Shown here: positions 27,521-37,836 of the stretch, piece after piece
Layout: the number at the start of each line of letters is the position of its first letter
Numbering within the stretch: the first letter of the stretch is position 1
Assembly (NCBI GenBank): GCA_016933575.1
Contig: JAFGAR010000004.1
Location: 1-64,000, forward strand
From: Candidatus Thorarchaeota archaeon
Lineage (GTDB): Archaea > Asgardarchaeota > Thorarchaeia > Thorarchaeales > Thorarchaeaceae
DNA length: 64,000 nucleotides
Direction: 5' to 3'
Notes under the pieces: generated by a model
Database searches by the model: none
What the model was told of the DNA's origin: nothing
What the model saw: only the letters and a program-made list of their open reading frames with translations
Program-made: the position numbers and the translations under genes

Positions 27521-29767
27521 TCAAGTTGATGCATGAAATATCGAGCGAATTTTATCTGCGAGGGTGATGATATGTTTTCTATCTATGCCAACAATAACGA
27601 TTGGGAGTACCAACAGCGATTGACTGGCTCCAACAGAGAAAATAGCTCGAATACCTTCTTTCCTGAAACAGACAAAGGTAAAGCCATCTTCATGGATCAG
27701 ATTCTCTACCTCAAGCCCTGTTGAATCTATACCAGCAGCCACCCACCCAATGAGATCTGAAGGAGCGGTATCTTCACGTTCTATTATTACAACCTCACGG
27801 TGATCATCCTTTGAAGTGAAGAGGAAATCATGAGATGAATGACTGTACAGTATTTTACGGGTAGTGGCCTTTGAGAGCAAATCCTTTGATACGGGTCCAA
27901 ATGTCTTCACTAAGACTTTTGAAACATCAATTGGTGTTTCGGAAATAGACTCAATCTGAACTTCACGAGGCTCAATTAGCTCTTCCGTTTCAGGGACCTC
28001 CTCAACACGGGGTGAGGCTTCATCAGTGATACTGTATTCCTGCTTCTGCTCCTCAAAGAGAGTCTCTACATACTCTCTCATCCAGCCATCAAGGACCTGC
28101 CAGTCTTCTTTGCTCAACTTCAAGGGAGGACGAGGCACTTCAGGAAGATCTTCAGCGAATTCTTCCTCAGTCTCTTCAATTTTTTCAAGTTCTTCGACTT
28201 CTCCCCCTGTAGTTACTTCCTCTTCAGGTTCTGTCACATCAGTGAATTCTTCATGGTCTTCAGGCATAAGGAGCTTTACCGCCTCAAAGAGACCGGATAG
28301 TCTGTCAGTCCCACCATGCTGAGATAACCGCGGGCGAACTTGCATGATAAAGCCACGCTTGTTCTCTGTAGCTTGATCAAAGACGAGAGCTACACCACGA
28401 GGAAGACTACTAATGAACACCTTATCACGAAACTGCTCGGGCATGACGGCAGGAGCACGTTGTTGCAGAGCACGGATATCATTATCATGAGAGAGTGAAT
28501 GGGAGATGATGATATCTGCCTGTGAGATTGCCTCATCAGATACAGCTGATGGTTGTTGTGTGCAGAGAACCAAGCTACAACCAAACCTGCGACCAAGTTT
28601 AGCGTAACTTACTATAGCATCCTTAGCAGGTGTGAGTCCAGATCGTGGTACAAGAGTGTGTGCCTCATCGATGATAAGCCAAGTTGGAGGAAGCTCTTCT
28701 CTTGCACTGGTACCATCATCCGTCCATGCCATGCGATATGTCAACACCTGTCGACAGAGCATATTGGTCAGGATAGCGAGTACAGCCTCAGCATCAGAAC
28801 CAAGCGGTGCAACATCAATGACTGTGATCTGTCCAGCAACAGCAAGGTCCTGTGCACTTGTCCCACCAGGATGAAAGACACCCAATCTATCTGCACGTCT
28901 CAACCTCTGAATGAGTGCAGTTCGTGAAGCAGGTTTGTAGAACTCGATGATGGTGGGATTGGAATCGATACACTCAATCATATCCTTAATACTGAAATCA
29001 CGCTTGAGCTTGACATACTCACCAGATTCAAGGGTGTAACCTTTCCGTACACTATCGAGGGTCTCACCAATCAGATTCTCCATAACAGTGCTCAAAGAGC
29101 CACCCTTTTCCAGTACATAACCCCAATCGGATGTAGTCAGTTCTTTTGGACCAATGGACAGGGGAAACAGACGGGCCTTCTTCTTTACCTCATCAGGGAG
29201 GCCAACATAGGTTCTGCGGGGAATATAGACATTTACAGGGAATCCTCTTGCCTCATATCCCCACTTTGTTAGAACATCCATTTGGTCATCATTCGAATCA
29301 ACCATCTGCCTAAAGACATCTACTGTGTCTACGACTACAGCTGCGACCTCAATCTCTCTACGTTCCATGGCTAAGGCCAGTTCTTCGGCTAGTATACCGA
29401 GAGTGTAGCTCTTTCCAGATCCTCGCTTCCCAGCCACAAAAATGACATGAGGACTCATTAGGTCAAGCAACACAGGCATTCCCATGAGGGATGTAAGAAC
29501 ATCATCGGAGGTCTCTGTAACACCTCCAATCATTCCAAGTCCACCAGAATGATATTTACGATGGAATGACTCAGACCTCCCAAGGACTACGCCTACGCTT
29601 AGGTCGACATGTAGATCGATAGGCTCTACTACACGGGGGTGGTACGGTAGGACTGATTTTGGGAGAAGACTGATTGGCTTATCGTCTCCTTGTGGTGGAT
29701 TCTCGGGATCTTCATCTTCAGGCGTGTCTTGGTTTCCCGTTTCGTTCAAGTGTGCACCTCCGGACAA
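27521..29767 (-). CDS. HerA/FtsK-superfamily (DUF87) ATPase with acidic linker
   Basis: PHVIFVAGKRGSGKS Walker A, LIIDEAH Walker B, GRRFG arginine finger, TQQPS. Confidence 0.88.
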   Translation of the reverse strand: MSGGAHLNETGNQDTPEDEDPENPPQGDDKPISLLPKSVLPYHPRVVEPIDLHVDLSVGVVLGRSESFHRKYHSGGLGMIGGVTETSDDVLTSLMGMPVLLDLMSPHVIFVAGKRGSGKSYTLGILAEELALAMERREIEVAAVVVDTVDVFRQMVDSNDDQMDVLTKWGYEARGFPVNVYIPRRTYVGLPDEVKKKARLFPLSIGPKELTTSDWGYVLEKGGSLSTVMENLIGETLDSVRKGYTLESGEYVKLKRDFSIKDMIECIDSNPTIIEFYKPASRTALIQRLRRADRLGVFHPGGTSAQDLAVAGQITVIDVAPLGSDAEAVLAILTNMLCRQVLTYRMAWTDDGTSAREELPPTWLIIDEAHTLVPRSGLTPAKDAIVSYAKLGRRFGCSLVLCTQQPSAVSDEAISQADIIISHSLSHDNDIRALQQRAPAVMPEQFRDKVFISSLPRGVALVFDQATENKRGFIMQVRPRLSQHGGTDRLSGLFEAVKLLMPEDHEEFTDVTEPEEEVTTGGEVEELEKIEETEEEFAEDLPEVPRPPLKLSKEDWQVLDGWMREYVETLFEEQKQEYSITDEASPRVEEVPETEELIEPREVQIESISETPIDVSKVLVKTFGPVSKDLLSKATTRKILYSHSSHDFLFTSKDDHREVVIIEREDTAPSDLIGWVAAGIDSTGLEVENLIHEDGFTFVCFRKEGIRAIFSVGASQSLLVLPIVIVGIDRKHIITLADKIRSIFHAST

Positions 29768-29941
29768 CTCAATCTCGACTTCGGATAAAGTTTAGCTTAG
29801 TAGTATTTAGAGGCGCCTTTTCATTCAGATATTATGAAAGATGCTAAAATTAGATTATGGCATGCTCTCTACCATACTCCAGAATGCAAAGTAGTGACTG
29901 TGTAGCAACACTCAAAACACAACCGCAACAGAGAACAGACC

Positions 29942-30766
29942 ATGCAAGAACTAATTCAGGATGGAGATATCATCTTCATATTCCTTGATGCAAAAAGAAA
30001 TTGGATTCGCCGAGTAAAATCTGGCGAGCAATTCCACTCCAACAAGGGTCTAATTGTTTATGATGATATTATCGGTAAGCCCTTTGGAATCAAGGTTGAG
30101 AGCCATTCTGGAGTAGTTTTTCAGATTCACAGACCAAGTGCAACAGACGTTCAGATTGCAATGGGAAGGAATACTCAGATCATCTATCCAAAGGATGCTG
30201 GTGTGATTCTTGTTGAGGCGGGTATTGGAGCAGGTGCCAGAGTTGTTGAGTCTGGGACAGGATCAGGAGCACTCACAGGTATTCTTGCAAGAGCTGTGGG
30301 ACCAACAGGGCATGTCTATACCTACGAGATTCGGGAAGATATGTATCTTGGAGCAAAGAAGAATCTTGAGAAATTTGGACTCGAAGAGAATGTGACCCAA
30401 TATAACCAAGACATCCTTGAAGGTATAAAAGAACAAGACCTTGATGCGATAGTACTGGACCTTGCCACACCCTGGCTCGTTGTGGATGAGGCGCATAGAG
30501 CCCTGAAACCCAGTCGGATCTTTGTAAGCTATAGCCCTACTATCGAACAGACAATGAAGACTTGCCAAGCTCTGTCAAGTGAAGGAAAATGGGGTATGAT
30601 AAAGACTCTTGAGGTCCTAGAGCGTGAGATAATGGTGAGAGAGAATAAAACACGTCCGACAACATGGATGGTTGCACATACGGGATATATGACATTCGCA
30701 AGAAAGATGGTCGAAGAAGTACCGTTAGAACGAGACAGAGAGCAAGAAAAGAAGGATTTGGACTGA
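29942..30766 (+). CDS. trmI: tRNA (adenine-N1)-methyltransferase
   Basis: TQIIYPKD, ESGTGSGALT, LDLATPW, YSPTIEQ, HTGY. Confidence 0.93.
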   Translation: MQELIQDGDIIFIFLDAKRNWIRRVKSGEQFHSNKGLIVYDDIIGKPFGIKVESHSGVVFQIHRPSATDVQIAMGRNTQIIYPKDAGVILVEAGIGAGARVVESGTGSGALTGILARAVGPTGHVYTYEIREDMYLGAKKNLEKFGLEENVTQYNQDILEGIKEQDLDAIVLDLATPWLVVDEAHRALKPSRIFVSYSPTIEQTMKTCQALSSEGKWGMIKTLEVLEREIMVRENKTRPTTWMVAHTGYMTFARKMVEEVPLERDREQEKKDLD

Positions 30767-30816
30767 AACAAATCCTTAAATGCAGTTGCGATATATGTGT
30801 CGATTGTTGTTGACGG

Positions 30817-31173
30817 TTGTTGATAGACATGACATATCGCCATAAACGCGATTCCTGCGTTAAGGAAACCAAGGATATCATTGAGAATATTCTCCAGATG
30901 ACTCATTCTGATTATGAATTGACAAGTACCTCAGAAGTCATCACGTCAAGAAAATCAGTAAAACTGGCAGCTGCTCAGGAGCAATCTAATATAATTCATA
31001 GTGAAACTGAAGCTGTTAATCAGGAAGAATGCATCACCGTGGACGACATGGAAGAATACGAACCATGTCAGCACATAGATTTTGAGATTTCTGAAGTAAA
31101 AGAAGTGTTTGAGAAGAAAAAGAAGAAGAGAAATTACATCGAATTCAGGCCAGACTATGGAAAAATGGAGTAG
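30817..31173 (+). CDS. Hypothetical charged protein
   Basis: 118-aa ORF ending 12 bp upstream of the wHTH gene; start uncertain. Confidence 0.5.
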   Translation: MLIDMTYRHKRDSCVKETKDIIENILQMTHSDYELTSTSEVITSRKSVKLAAAQEQSNIIHSETEAVNQEECITVDDMEEYEPCQHIDFEISEVKEVFEKKKKKRNYIEFRPDYGKME

Positions 31174-31185
31174 TGAGGGGATAGA

Positions 31186-31560
31186 ATGGCGAATAATCAA
31201 GACTTTGAAGCACTGAAGAAAGAAGTCAGCGATCTGAAAAAGACAGTCTATGGTCTAAAGAACACCATTGTTGAGCTTACAAACCAGTTGGAGGCTAGTG
31301 ATGGAAAGTCACCATATGATGGAGGACAATACAGTATATTCCCAAATAGAGCTAATTGCCTTGAGGGAGATGTCAGCTGGGATAGACTGCTAAACCTCCT
31401 GAGTGATGCCGATCGTGGATTGACTGCTACAGAGCTTGCTGAGAAGTGGGGAAGATCACGTTCGAGAACAAGTGAAGTCCTCAATAAACTTGCAGAAGAT
31501 GGGCAGATAGTCAAGTATAGGGACGGTCGTCTGATTCGTTTTAGAACTCCTGAAGAATAG
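31186..31560 (+). CDS. Coiled-coil + winged-HTH DNA-binding protein
   Basis: N-terminal heptads; GLTATELAEKWGRSRSRTSEVLNKLAEDGQIVKYRDGR. Confidence 0.8.
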   Translation: MANNQDFEALKKEVSDLKKTVYGLKNTIVELTNQLEASDGKSPYDGGQYSIFPNRANCLEGDVSWDRLLNLLSDADRGLTATELAEKWGRSRSRTSEVLNKLAEDGQIVKYRDGRLIRFRTPEE

Positions 31561-31733
31561 ACCAATCGCACACTACTCGAACCCATCCAAAAGATGGATA
31601 AAGCAGAATGATAAGAGGTAGTTGACCCGCCACTTTATTTATCACGTTCAGCGCGATTCATTTGGCGCAAGTACGCTTAAGTAAGTGATAGATGTTACAC
31701 TCTAGGGTTGGATATATTCAGGAGGCGTTGTAA

Positions 31734-34061
31734 ATGGCCAATGTTCTACCAGGTTCGAAAAAAGCAAGTAGTCCAAAACCAGAGGATGATGCTCTAATCT
31801 ATACAAGTCTGCTTTTCGAACTCAATCTCAAAGCACAAGATGCAGTAAGAGATTTCGCACTTCATGACATTGATGATAAGGAAGGTCTGGAGACCAAGCG
31901 TATCACAATGCATGACGCCTTTACTGAATTATATGAAAATGTGGCTGCGTTTAGCGAACAGGTCATGATTGAAGACTTTGATATGAATTATCTAAAGGGT
32001 AGGATTGCCCAGACAGAGGGAGAGGCAAAAGAGCAACTTGAGAAGGCTGTGGACGAACTTGTAGAACAAAGCAAGAAGAATCTTGCAGATTTGTGGATGG
32101 CGCGAGTCTTGGCTTGGCTGCATCAGGCTGCTGCAGCGAGCGGACCCTTTGTAGAAAGCGAACATGAAGATAAACAGCGGAATGCATCGAAATATCTTGC
32201 TAGAGTGTACACGATGCTTGAGAAGCCATTCTCAGCAATTCCACAGAAGGCCGATGGGACACAAAAACTACGACGTGTGGCCCTTGGACTTCAGGCTTAC
32301 AATCTCTTGAAGCAGTCTCATGAGGAGACTGATGATGAGCTTACTAGTATTCTTGGAAAGAACAAGAGTGCTGAAGCAGAGTTTTACGATGAGTTTCTTA
32401 ACGAGTTGATAGGTCAAGAGAGTACATTCAGACAGGCCTTCAATCCATTTGATGAATTGATTTGGAGGGACATCCTCAGCTCGTTCATCTTTGAACAAGC
32501 AACAGACCTTTACAACGAGGCAATTCCACTCTTCAAGAAGAAGAAAGATCTCAAAGAAAAGCTCACAACCATCACATCCTGGAAGAGTAATACAGCAGGA
32601 CTGAGCGAAGTCTATCTCGCAATGACCTATACGGATATTGCAGACTCTCAGATGCGAGCAGGAAACCTAGAAGATGCATCAAAGTTGTATGCAGTTGCTT
32701 CAGATGCCTTCGGTCGTGCTGAGAAGTGCTTCAGAGAGACCTTGGCACTTCAACCCAATGCTGAACAATCAAGGCTCGATAAGGAGCATAAGAAGGCACA
32801 GAGCCTATTCTGTAGTGCAGAAGCGAGTGTGAATATTCTCACAGAACTAATCCGAATGAACAACAAAACGGAGTCGAAGACTACACTCAAAGAGATCTTC
32901 AAGAATCTAGAGAAGGCAGAGAAACTCGCACAGACACGAGAGCTTGTTGGAGCCATCAAGGAAGATCTGAAAACTTTCTCGTTTGTCGAGGATCTTCTGA
33001 AGAAGAAGGGTGATGATATCAGTGGCATAATTGATCAGATTGAATTTGCCAAGGACCTTAGAAAGACCGGTCTGATTCAGGATATCAGTAAAGCCCTTGA
33101 TGAAGCTACTATCAAGATGAGCAAGAAGCCAGCGGAATCATTGGACTCGATCAGAGAAGCATTGAACACACTTGGAATCCTATTGAGTCTGGATGTAGAA
33201 GACGAAGAAGTTGGCAAACTACGAAACAAGACTCTAGCATTACTGAATAATGTGAAATACATGATTCAATTTCAACTGAGTTCTCAGCTTCAACATGGTG
33301 TTAAATTCATCAGTTCTCGGATCCTTGAAAACCTTCATGCTGAAGAAGCAGCTTCCTACTACAAGATAGTAGGGGAGAAAGAGACTGCAGATGAACTGAT
33401 GGATCTTGGAAAACTCGCACTTGCCACAGCCTTTGCCTCAGAAGCACAAGTATACTCCCGTCAGTCTGATCAGTGGGCCTTTAGAGCACAGATAGAACGA
33501 TTGAATGCCTTTGAGGTGCTCCAAGATGAACTAGCACAACTTGAAGCAGACGACCCAATTGATGACGTCCTTGAAACGCATGATAATACGATCAACAAGA
33601 TCAAGCAGACCGTGGCTTCTTTTGAAGCAGCAGCCAACGAGTTAGACAGTGTAAAGGGAAAACAGATTCGTACAAAGAATAATGTCGAACTCCAAGTAAA
33701 ACAACTACAAGGAGTTGTTATGAAATTTAGAGGCGATCTCTCACGGATGGAAGCAGCTAAAAACGATTTCATGGCTGAGCTGATGTTCATGAAGGGGGAA
33801 AGGTCGAAAGCGAAGATCCACTACTCAGATGCGAATGACCAACTACGGGAGGCTGTAGGAAACTACACCGTGGCTGCTCAGGTGTTCCAATCAGTGGGTG
33901 ATGCTCAGTCAGCACAGAATGTTGACGGAAAAGCTAAGACTACTGACCTTCTTGCTCGAAGCGTGTGGGATAACAGACAGCGCATTGAGAGAGACCAGAG
34001 TCCTAGTCCAAAGGGAGAATCCGAACTTGCAGCTCTCTATCTGGGGACCTCTGGTCAATAG
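31734..34061 (+). CDS. Large all-alpha (TPR/SNAP-like solenoid) hypothetical protein
   Basis: GGAGG RBS; 775 aa rich in A/E/K/L; GNLEDASKLYAVASDAF and AVGNYTVAAQVFQSVGD TPR-like units. Confidence 0.75.
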   Translation: MANVLPGSKKASSPKPEDDALIYTSLLFELNLKAQDAVRDFALHDIDDKEGLETKRITMHDAFTELYENVAAFSEQVMIEDFDMNYLKGRIAQTEGEAKEQLEKAVDELVEQSKKNLADLWMARVLAWLHQAAAASGPFVESEHEDKQRNASKYLARVYTMLEKPFSAIPQKADGTQKLRRVALGLQAYNLLKQSHEETDDELTSILGKNKSAEAEFYDEFLNELIGQESTFRQAFNPFDELIWRDILSSFIFEQATDLYNEAIPLFKKKKDLKEKLTTITSWKSNTAGLSEVYLAMTYTDIADSQMRAGNLEDASKLYAVASDAFGRAEKCFRETLALQPNAEQSRLDKEHKKAQSLFCSAEASVNILTELIRMNNKTESKTTLKEIFKNLEKAEKLAQTRELVGAIKEDLKTFSFVEDLLKKKGDDISGIIDQIEFAKDLRKTGLIQDISKALDEATIKMSKKPAESLDSIREALNTLGILLSLDVEDEEVGKLRNKTLALLNNVKYMIQFQLSSQLQHGVKFISSRILENLHAEEAASYYKIVGEKETADELMDLGKLALATAFASEAQVYSRQSDQWAFRAQIERLNAFEVLQDELAQLEADDPIDDVLETHDNTINKIKQTVASFEAAANELDSVKGKQIRTKNNVELQVKQLQGVVMKFRGDLSRMEAAKNDFMAELMFMKGERSKAKIHYSDANDQLREAVGNYTVAAQVFQSVGDAQSAQNVDGKAKTTDLLARSVWDNRQRIERDQSPSPKGESELAALYLGTSGQ

Positions 34062-34082
34062 ACATGTCGTTCAATAACCGGA

Positions 34083-36254
34083 TCATTGCACAGTATAACT
34101 GGATGGGACTTGTACTAGCCTAATTGGTCGACTGTGTAATCGTTTCGCACAGAAAGGTTTGAACTCAACACCGCCTGCATGATAGAACTTCGAAAACCAC
34201 TCAACATAATGTAATCTGAGCGTGTGCATGAATCCAAGCAGACCCTCAAGAATTCCTACAATGAGTGTGCCAATGATTGCACCCAATAAGGGTAGACTTG
34301 CCGCAACATGTTCGCCATCTATGAAGAACTCGTGTGGTATAATCTCAACTCCAAATAGGGTCAACTCAGGGAAGTATATCATGACCAGTGGAGGCAACAT
34401 CTCAATGAATACAGAACTTAGGATGATATGGACTGTGTTCAGAGCGAAGATACGTGCATAACTGACAGTGTGACTGACCATTCCAATAGCATTCTCCAGG
34501 AAAGCTACGGCTCCATCCATTCCACCAAGTAGTGAAGTGATAGCCATCAATGCAAATGGAATAATGAACATGACTATTGAGAAAATCATGGGAGATATTG
34601 GAAGCGCAGGATAGATTCCATTGTTTCCTGTGCCATATCCAATACCCGCAAAGGGTATCCAAAGATAGACGTTGCCAGTAGAGCTGAACCACTCTCCAAT
34701 ACTATTGTAGCTCACTCCAAAGAGAAGGTTGACAAAGCCAAGGTAGAGCATGAGATATGATGCAGCAGCAACGACCTCTCGATAGTTCTTATGCTTCAAC
34801 TTGTTATAGAGATTGAGAAGGATTCCAAGGGATAAGTGGACTGCACCAATCTCGATTGATAGTTTGAGCATATGGGCGTCTTTGTATGGATTCTTCTCAC
34901 CATCAATCGTATGCACGAAGGTATGCCATAATGGCTCAATAACAGTCTCAGAACCGAAAAAGCTTCCAAAGAGAAAGCCGCCAACCATCGCAAATATACC
35001 CATGAGAATAAGCCCTTCAGCACCATTCTGAACATAGCCAAGAATGGCACCCCAGTCCTGCTCCTTTCGCTTTGCACGAAGAGCTCCAAGACCGATGAGG
35101 AGAATGAGAAATCCTTGACCAACATCAGCAAACACGAATCCGAAGATCAGGGGAAATGAGAGCCACATGATCTTTGTGGGATCAAGGTCATGTTTAGAGG
35201 GTACTCCGAAGGATTTGACTACATCCTCTGTGGGCTTCATGAATGATGGATTTGAGATATAGGTGGGAGCTTCATGTTCCGCAAAATCAGGTCTATCAAA
35301 TGTGACCTCAAGAGCTGCCCCTACACGCTCACGAAGCAGTGGTTCGAGGAGTTTTTCTTTGCTCTCAGGAATCCAACCCCACATCTTGATTGATTGGTCT
35401 GTGTAGACTATTTGACTCTTGATCTCAATCCGCTGTTTTTCAAGCAAGAGTATCTCCCAGGCTGCAAGAATACGAAGACCCCATTCTGAGGCGATTGTAT
35501 GTTTTCTCTGGAGTAGTGCGGATATCTCGTTCTCCAGTTCAATCATTCGAGCAATGGCATCCTCAGCAATCTTCTCAGGTCTTCCACTCTCACCTTCAGG
35601 AATTGGGAATGATTCAAACTCAAGTGCGGATAGGATTCGTTCTACTGCATCTTTCATCTCTATTGATACAGTAATGACGGTAGCAGCAGATCCATCCTTG
35701 AGTGGATGAATACCAAGGGTGAAAGTCCCCTCTGTGACTTCATTTAGGCTCCATTCAAGCTCGTCTTGTCTTCCGGAAGGCACTTTTCCAGCAGTCGTGA
35801 ATGTAAAATCGGTGGTGCCTATGAAGCTGGGATCAACACCAAGAGGCTTCAATGAGTTTGCTACATCTCGAATACCTCTCTGTCTTTCTAATTCCGTCTT
35901 AGCCACCATGAGATCTGTATCAATCTCAAGGACTTCACTCTCGATGGCTACAATGACCTCCGAGGCGTGTTCAAGTGATTTCTGAAGTGAAGAATCATCT
36001 ACTTCAACATATGAACCTGTGCGTTTTCCAGTCTTGAGATCGAGGGACGTGACGATTTTATCTAGCCGATCTAAAGCAGTGAACACGGTCTCCTCTTCTC
36101 GGGTTCTTTTTACCTCTACCAGTCCAGCTTGACGGCGTACATCGATGAATTCAAAGAACTTGAACTCCTCAAGTGCCAATAGGACTGAACGTTCCCGTTC
36201 TCGATGAGAAACCACTTTGGCAACAATCATTTTTTCAGGACTCATAAAGCCCAT
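34083..36254 (-). CDS. atpI: A/V-type ATP synthase subunit I (a)
   Basis: DPT, FGFVFADVGQG, SHTVSYARIFAL with essential Arg, LRLHYVEWFSKFY. Confidence 0.95.
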   Translation of the reverse strand: MGFMSPEKMIVAKVVSHRERERSVLLALEEFKFFEFIDVRRQAGLVEVKRTREEETVFTALDRLDKIVTSLDLKTGKRTGSYVEVDDSSLQKSLEHASEVIVAIESEVLEIDTDLMVAKTELERQRGIRDVANSLKPLGVDPSFIGTTDFTFTTAGKVPSGRQDELEWSLNEVTEGTFTLGIHPLKDGSAATVITVSIEMKDAVERILSALEFESFPIPEGESGRPEKIAEDAIARMIELENEISALLQRKHTIASEWGLRILAAWEILLLEKQRIEIKSQIVYTDQSIKMWGWIPESKEKLLEPLLRERVGAALEVTFDRPDFAEHEAPTYISNPSFMKPTEDVVKSFGVPSKHDLDPTKIMWLSFPLIFGFVFADVGQGFLILLIGLGALRAKRKEQDWGAILGYVQNGAEGLILMGIFAMVGGFLFGSFFGSETVIEPLWHTFVHTIDGEKNPYKDAHMLKLSIEIGAVHLSLGILLNLYNKLKHKNYREVVAAASYLMLYLGFVNLLFGVSYNSIGEWFSSTGNVYLWIPFAGIGYGTGNNGIYPALPISPMIFSIVMFIIPFALMAITSLLGGMDGAVAFLENAIGMVSHTVSYARIFALNTVHIILSSVFIEMLPPLVMIYFPELTLFGVEIIPHEFFIDGEHVAASLPLLGAIIGTLIVGILEGLLGFMHTLRLHYVEWFSKFYHAGGVEFKPFCAKRLHSRPIRLVQVPSSYTVQ

Positions 36255-36408
36255 AATATCATCACCGTGCCCACAGCTTCATGTTTTTTTGTCGAAACTG
36301 CGTTGATAATGGCAGGCGCAAGCCGGCCATAAATAACCTTTGTGACAGGTCAACGTTTATCTAGGACATTTCTAGCATGACTCAAGTAACTCTGTAGAGG
36401 GTTTTCGA

Positions 36409-36732
36409 ATGTGTGCTGCACATGAAGATATCGATCAGATTCATGAGGCCGAAAAAGCCGCTCGGGAGAGAATCGAAGAAGCTGAGAAACAGGCACGGCT
36501 CATACGTGAAAATGCTGACAAAGAAGCTAAGGCACTAATGGCAAAGGCTGAGCATGACGCGAAGAAGAAAGCGTCGCAGATGATGTCAGATGCGGAAGGG
36601 AAAAAGAATGACATCGAGGCGAATGTCTTTAGTGATACTGAGAAACAGATCGAGAGCATGACTAAGACCGCAGAGAAAAAGAAAGGAAAAGCACACGAGA
36701 CGGTCTATAAGATTCTTTCAGGAGAGGAGTAG
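36409..36732 (+). CDS. atpH: A/V-type ATP synthase subunit H (G), peripheral stalk
   Basis: IHEAEKAARERIEEAEKQA coiled coil, immediately upstream of subunit E. Confidence 0.75.
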   Translation: MCAAHEDIDQIHEAEKAARERIEEAEKQARLIRENADKEAKALMAKAEHDAKKKASQMMSDAEGKKNDIEANVFSDTEKQIESMTKTAEKKKGKAHETVYKILSGEE

Positions 36733-36736
36733 AGAA

Positions 36737-37363
36737 ATGAGCGGTCTGGATCACATCGTTGATATGATTAATGAGAAGACTACAGAGAAAGAAGACAAAA
36801 TCATCAAAGAAGCTGAACGTCACAAGAAAATCAAATTAGAAGAAGCTCAGCGGAGAGCAAAGGATGTGGCTGATGCAATCACAAAGAAAGCTGAATTGCA
36901 GGCAAAGTCCGAGCTATCAAAATATGAGGCAAGTGCCAAACTTAAGTCAAAGTACAAGATCTTAGAAGCGAAAGAGACCCTTATCGCGGACACGCTCAGT
37001 GCTGCAGAAGAAGACCTTGAGAAAATCGTGGGAAAGGCAGAATACAAGAAGATACTGGCAAGACTTGTTCTTGATGGTGGTCTAGCCCTCGCAGAAGATT
37101 CTCTCGAACTGATCCTCCCAGAGAATCATTCATCACATATTGACATCGCACTACTTGAGAAAGATATCTCAAAAGCCATAGGGAAAAAGGTGAAACTCAC
37201 AATATCCAAAGAGACTCTTAGGTCCAAGGGTGGTGTCATCATTCGCACAATGGATGGTTCAAGATGGGTCGATAATACCTTTGAGAATCGACTTGAGAGA
37301 TTTGAGAACAAAATAAGAGATACCATCGCAAGTATTCTTTTTGAACAAGAGGATAAGAAGTAG
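36737..37363 (+). CDS. atpE: A/V-type ATP synthase subunit E
   Basis: N-terminal coiled coil; GGVII...VDNTFENRL...IASILF. Confidence 0.92.
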   Translation: MSGLDHIVDMINEKTTEKEDKIIKEAERHKKIKLEEAQRRAKDVADAITKKAELQAKSELSKYEASAKLKSKYKILEAKETLIADTLSAAEEDLEKIVGKAEYKKILARLVLDGGLALAEDSLELILPENHSSHIDIALLEKDISKAIGKKVKLTISKETLRSKGGVIIRTMDGSRWVDNTFENRLERFENKIRDTIASILFEQEDKK

Positions 37364-37387
37364 AGAGTGGAGGAAACCACCTCTACT
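37359..37387. terminator. Hairpin between convergent subunit E and K genes
   Basis: AGTAGAG-A-GTGG-AGGAAA-CCAC-CTCTACT. Confidence 0.5.
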
Positions 37388-37407
37388 ATGCAGCCTAAAT
37401 CGCTCTA

Positions 37408-37818
37408 TCACATAATAATGATTAGATTTGGAATGTATCCTACAAGAAGGAAGGCAATTACAAACCCATAGATAGCTACAGCCTCGATGAACACAACGTA
37501 CAAAATACTCTTACCAAAAGTCTCTGGTTTCTCAGTTATTGCACCTAATGCTGCTGCGGAGGCAGTACCCATACCCAGACTAGCACCAACACCAGCTAGT
37601 CCAAGTGCAAGACCTGCTCCAATTGCAAGTCCAAGAATACCGAGTCCAGGTCCATCAGTGGTCTGTAGCATCTCAAATCCTTGGCTTGGGGATATGCTTC
37701 CTAATGCACTCATTGCAGCTGGTCCATCAATACTAATGAGCATAAATGCCCCTAGAACGGTTACAATAGCACCCGCCATGAACAAGACCAGACTTGTGAT
37801 TTGATTATCAATTCTCAT
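37408..37818 (-). CDS. atpK: A/V-type ATP synthase subunit K (c, proteolipid)
   Basis: Gly-rich helix, EKPETFGK loop, FIEAVAIYG with the ion-carrying Glu; GGAGG RBS favours the ATG at 37818. Confidence 0.93.
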   Translation of the reverse strand: MRIDNQITSLVLFMAGAIVTVLGAFMLISIDGPAAMSALGSISPSQGFEMLQTTDGPGLGILGLAIGAGLALGLAGVGASLGMGTASAAALGAITEKPETFGKSILYVVFIEAVAIYGFVIAFLLVGYIPNLIIIM

Positions 37819-37836
37819 TTGTATTTCCTCCATCTC

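Noticed and set aside
27521-29767. HerA-based anti-phage system
   Set aside because: No adjacent SIR2, nuclease or other effector gene; neighbours are housekeeping-like
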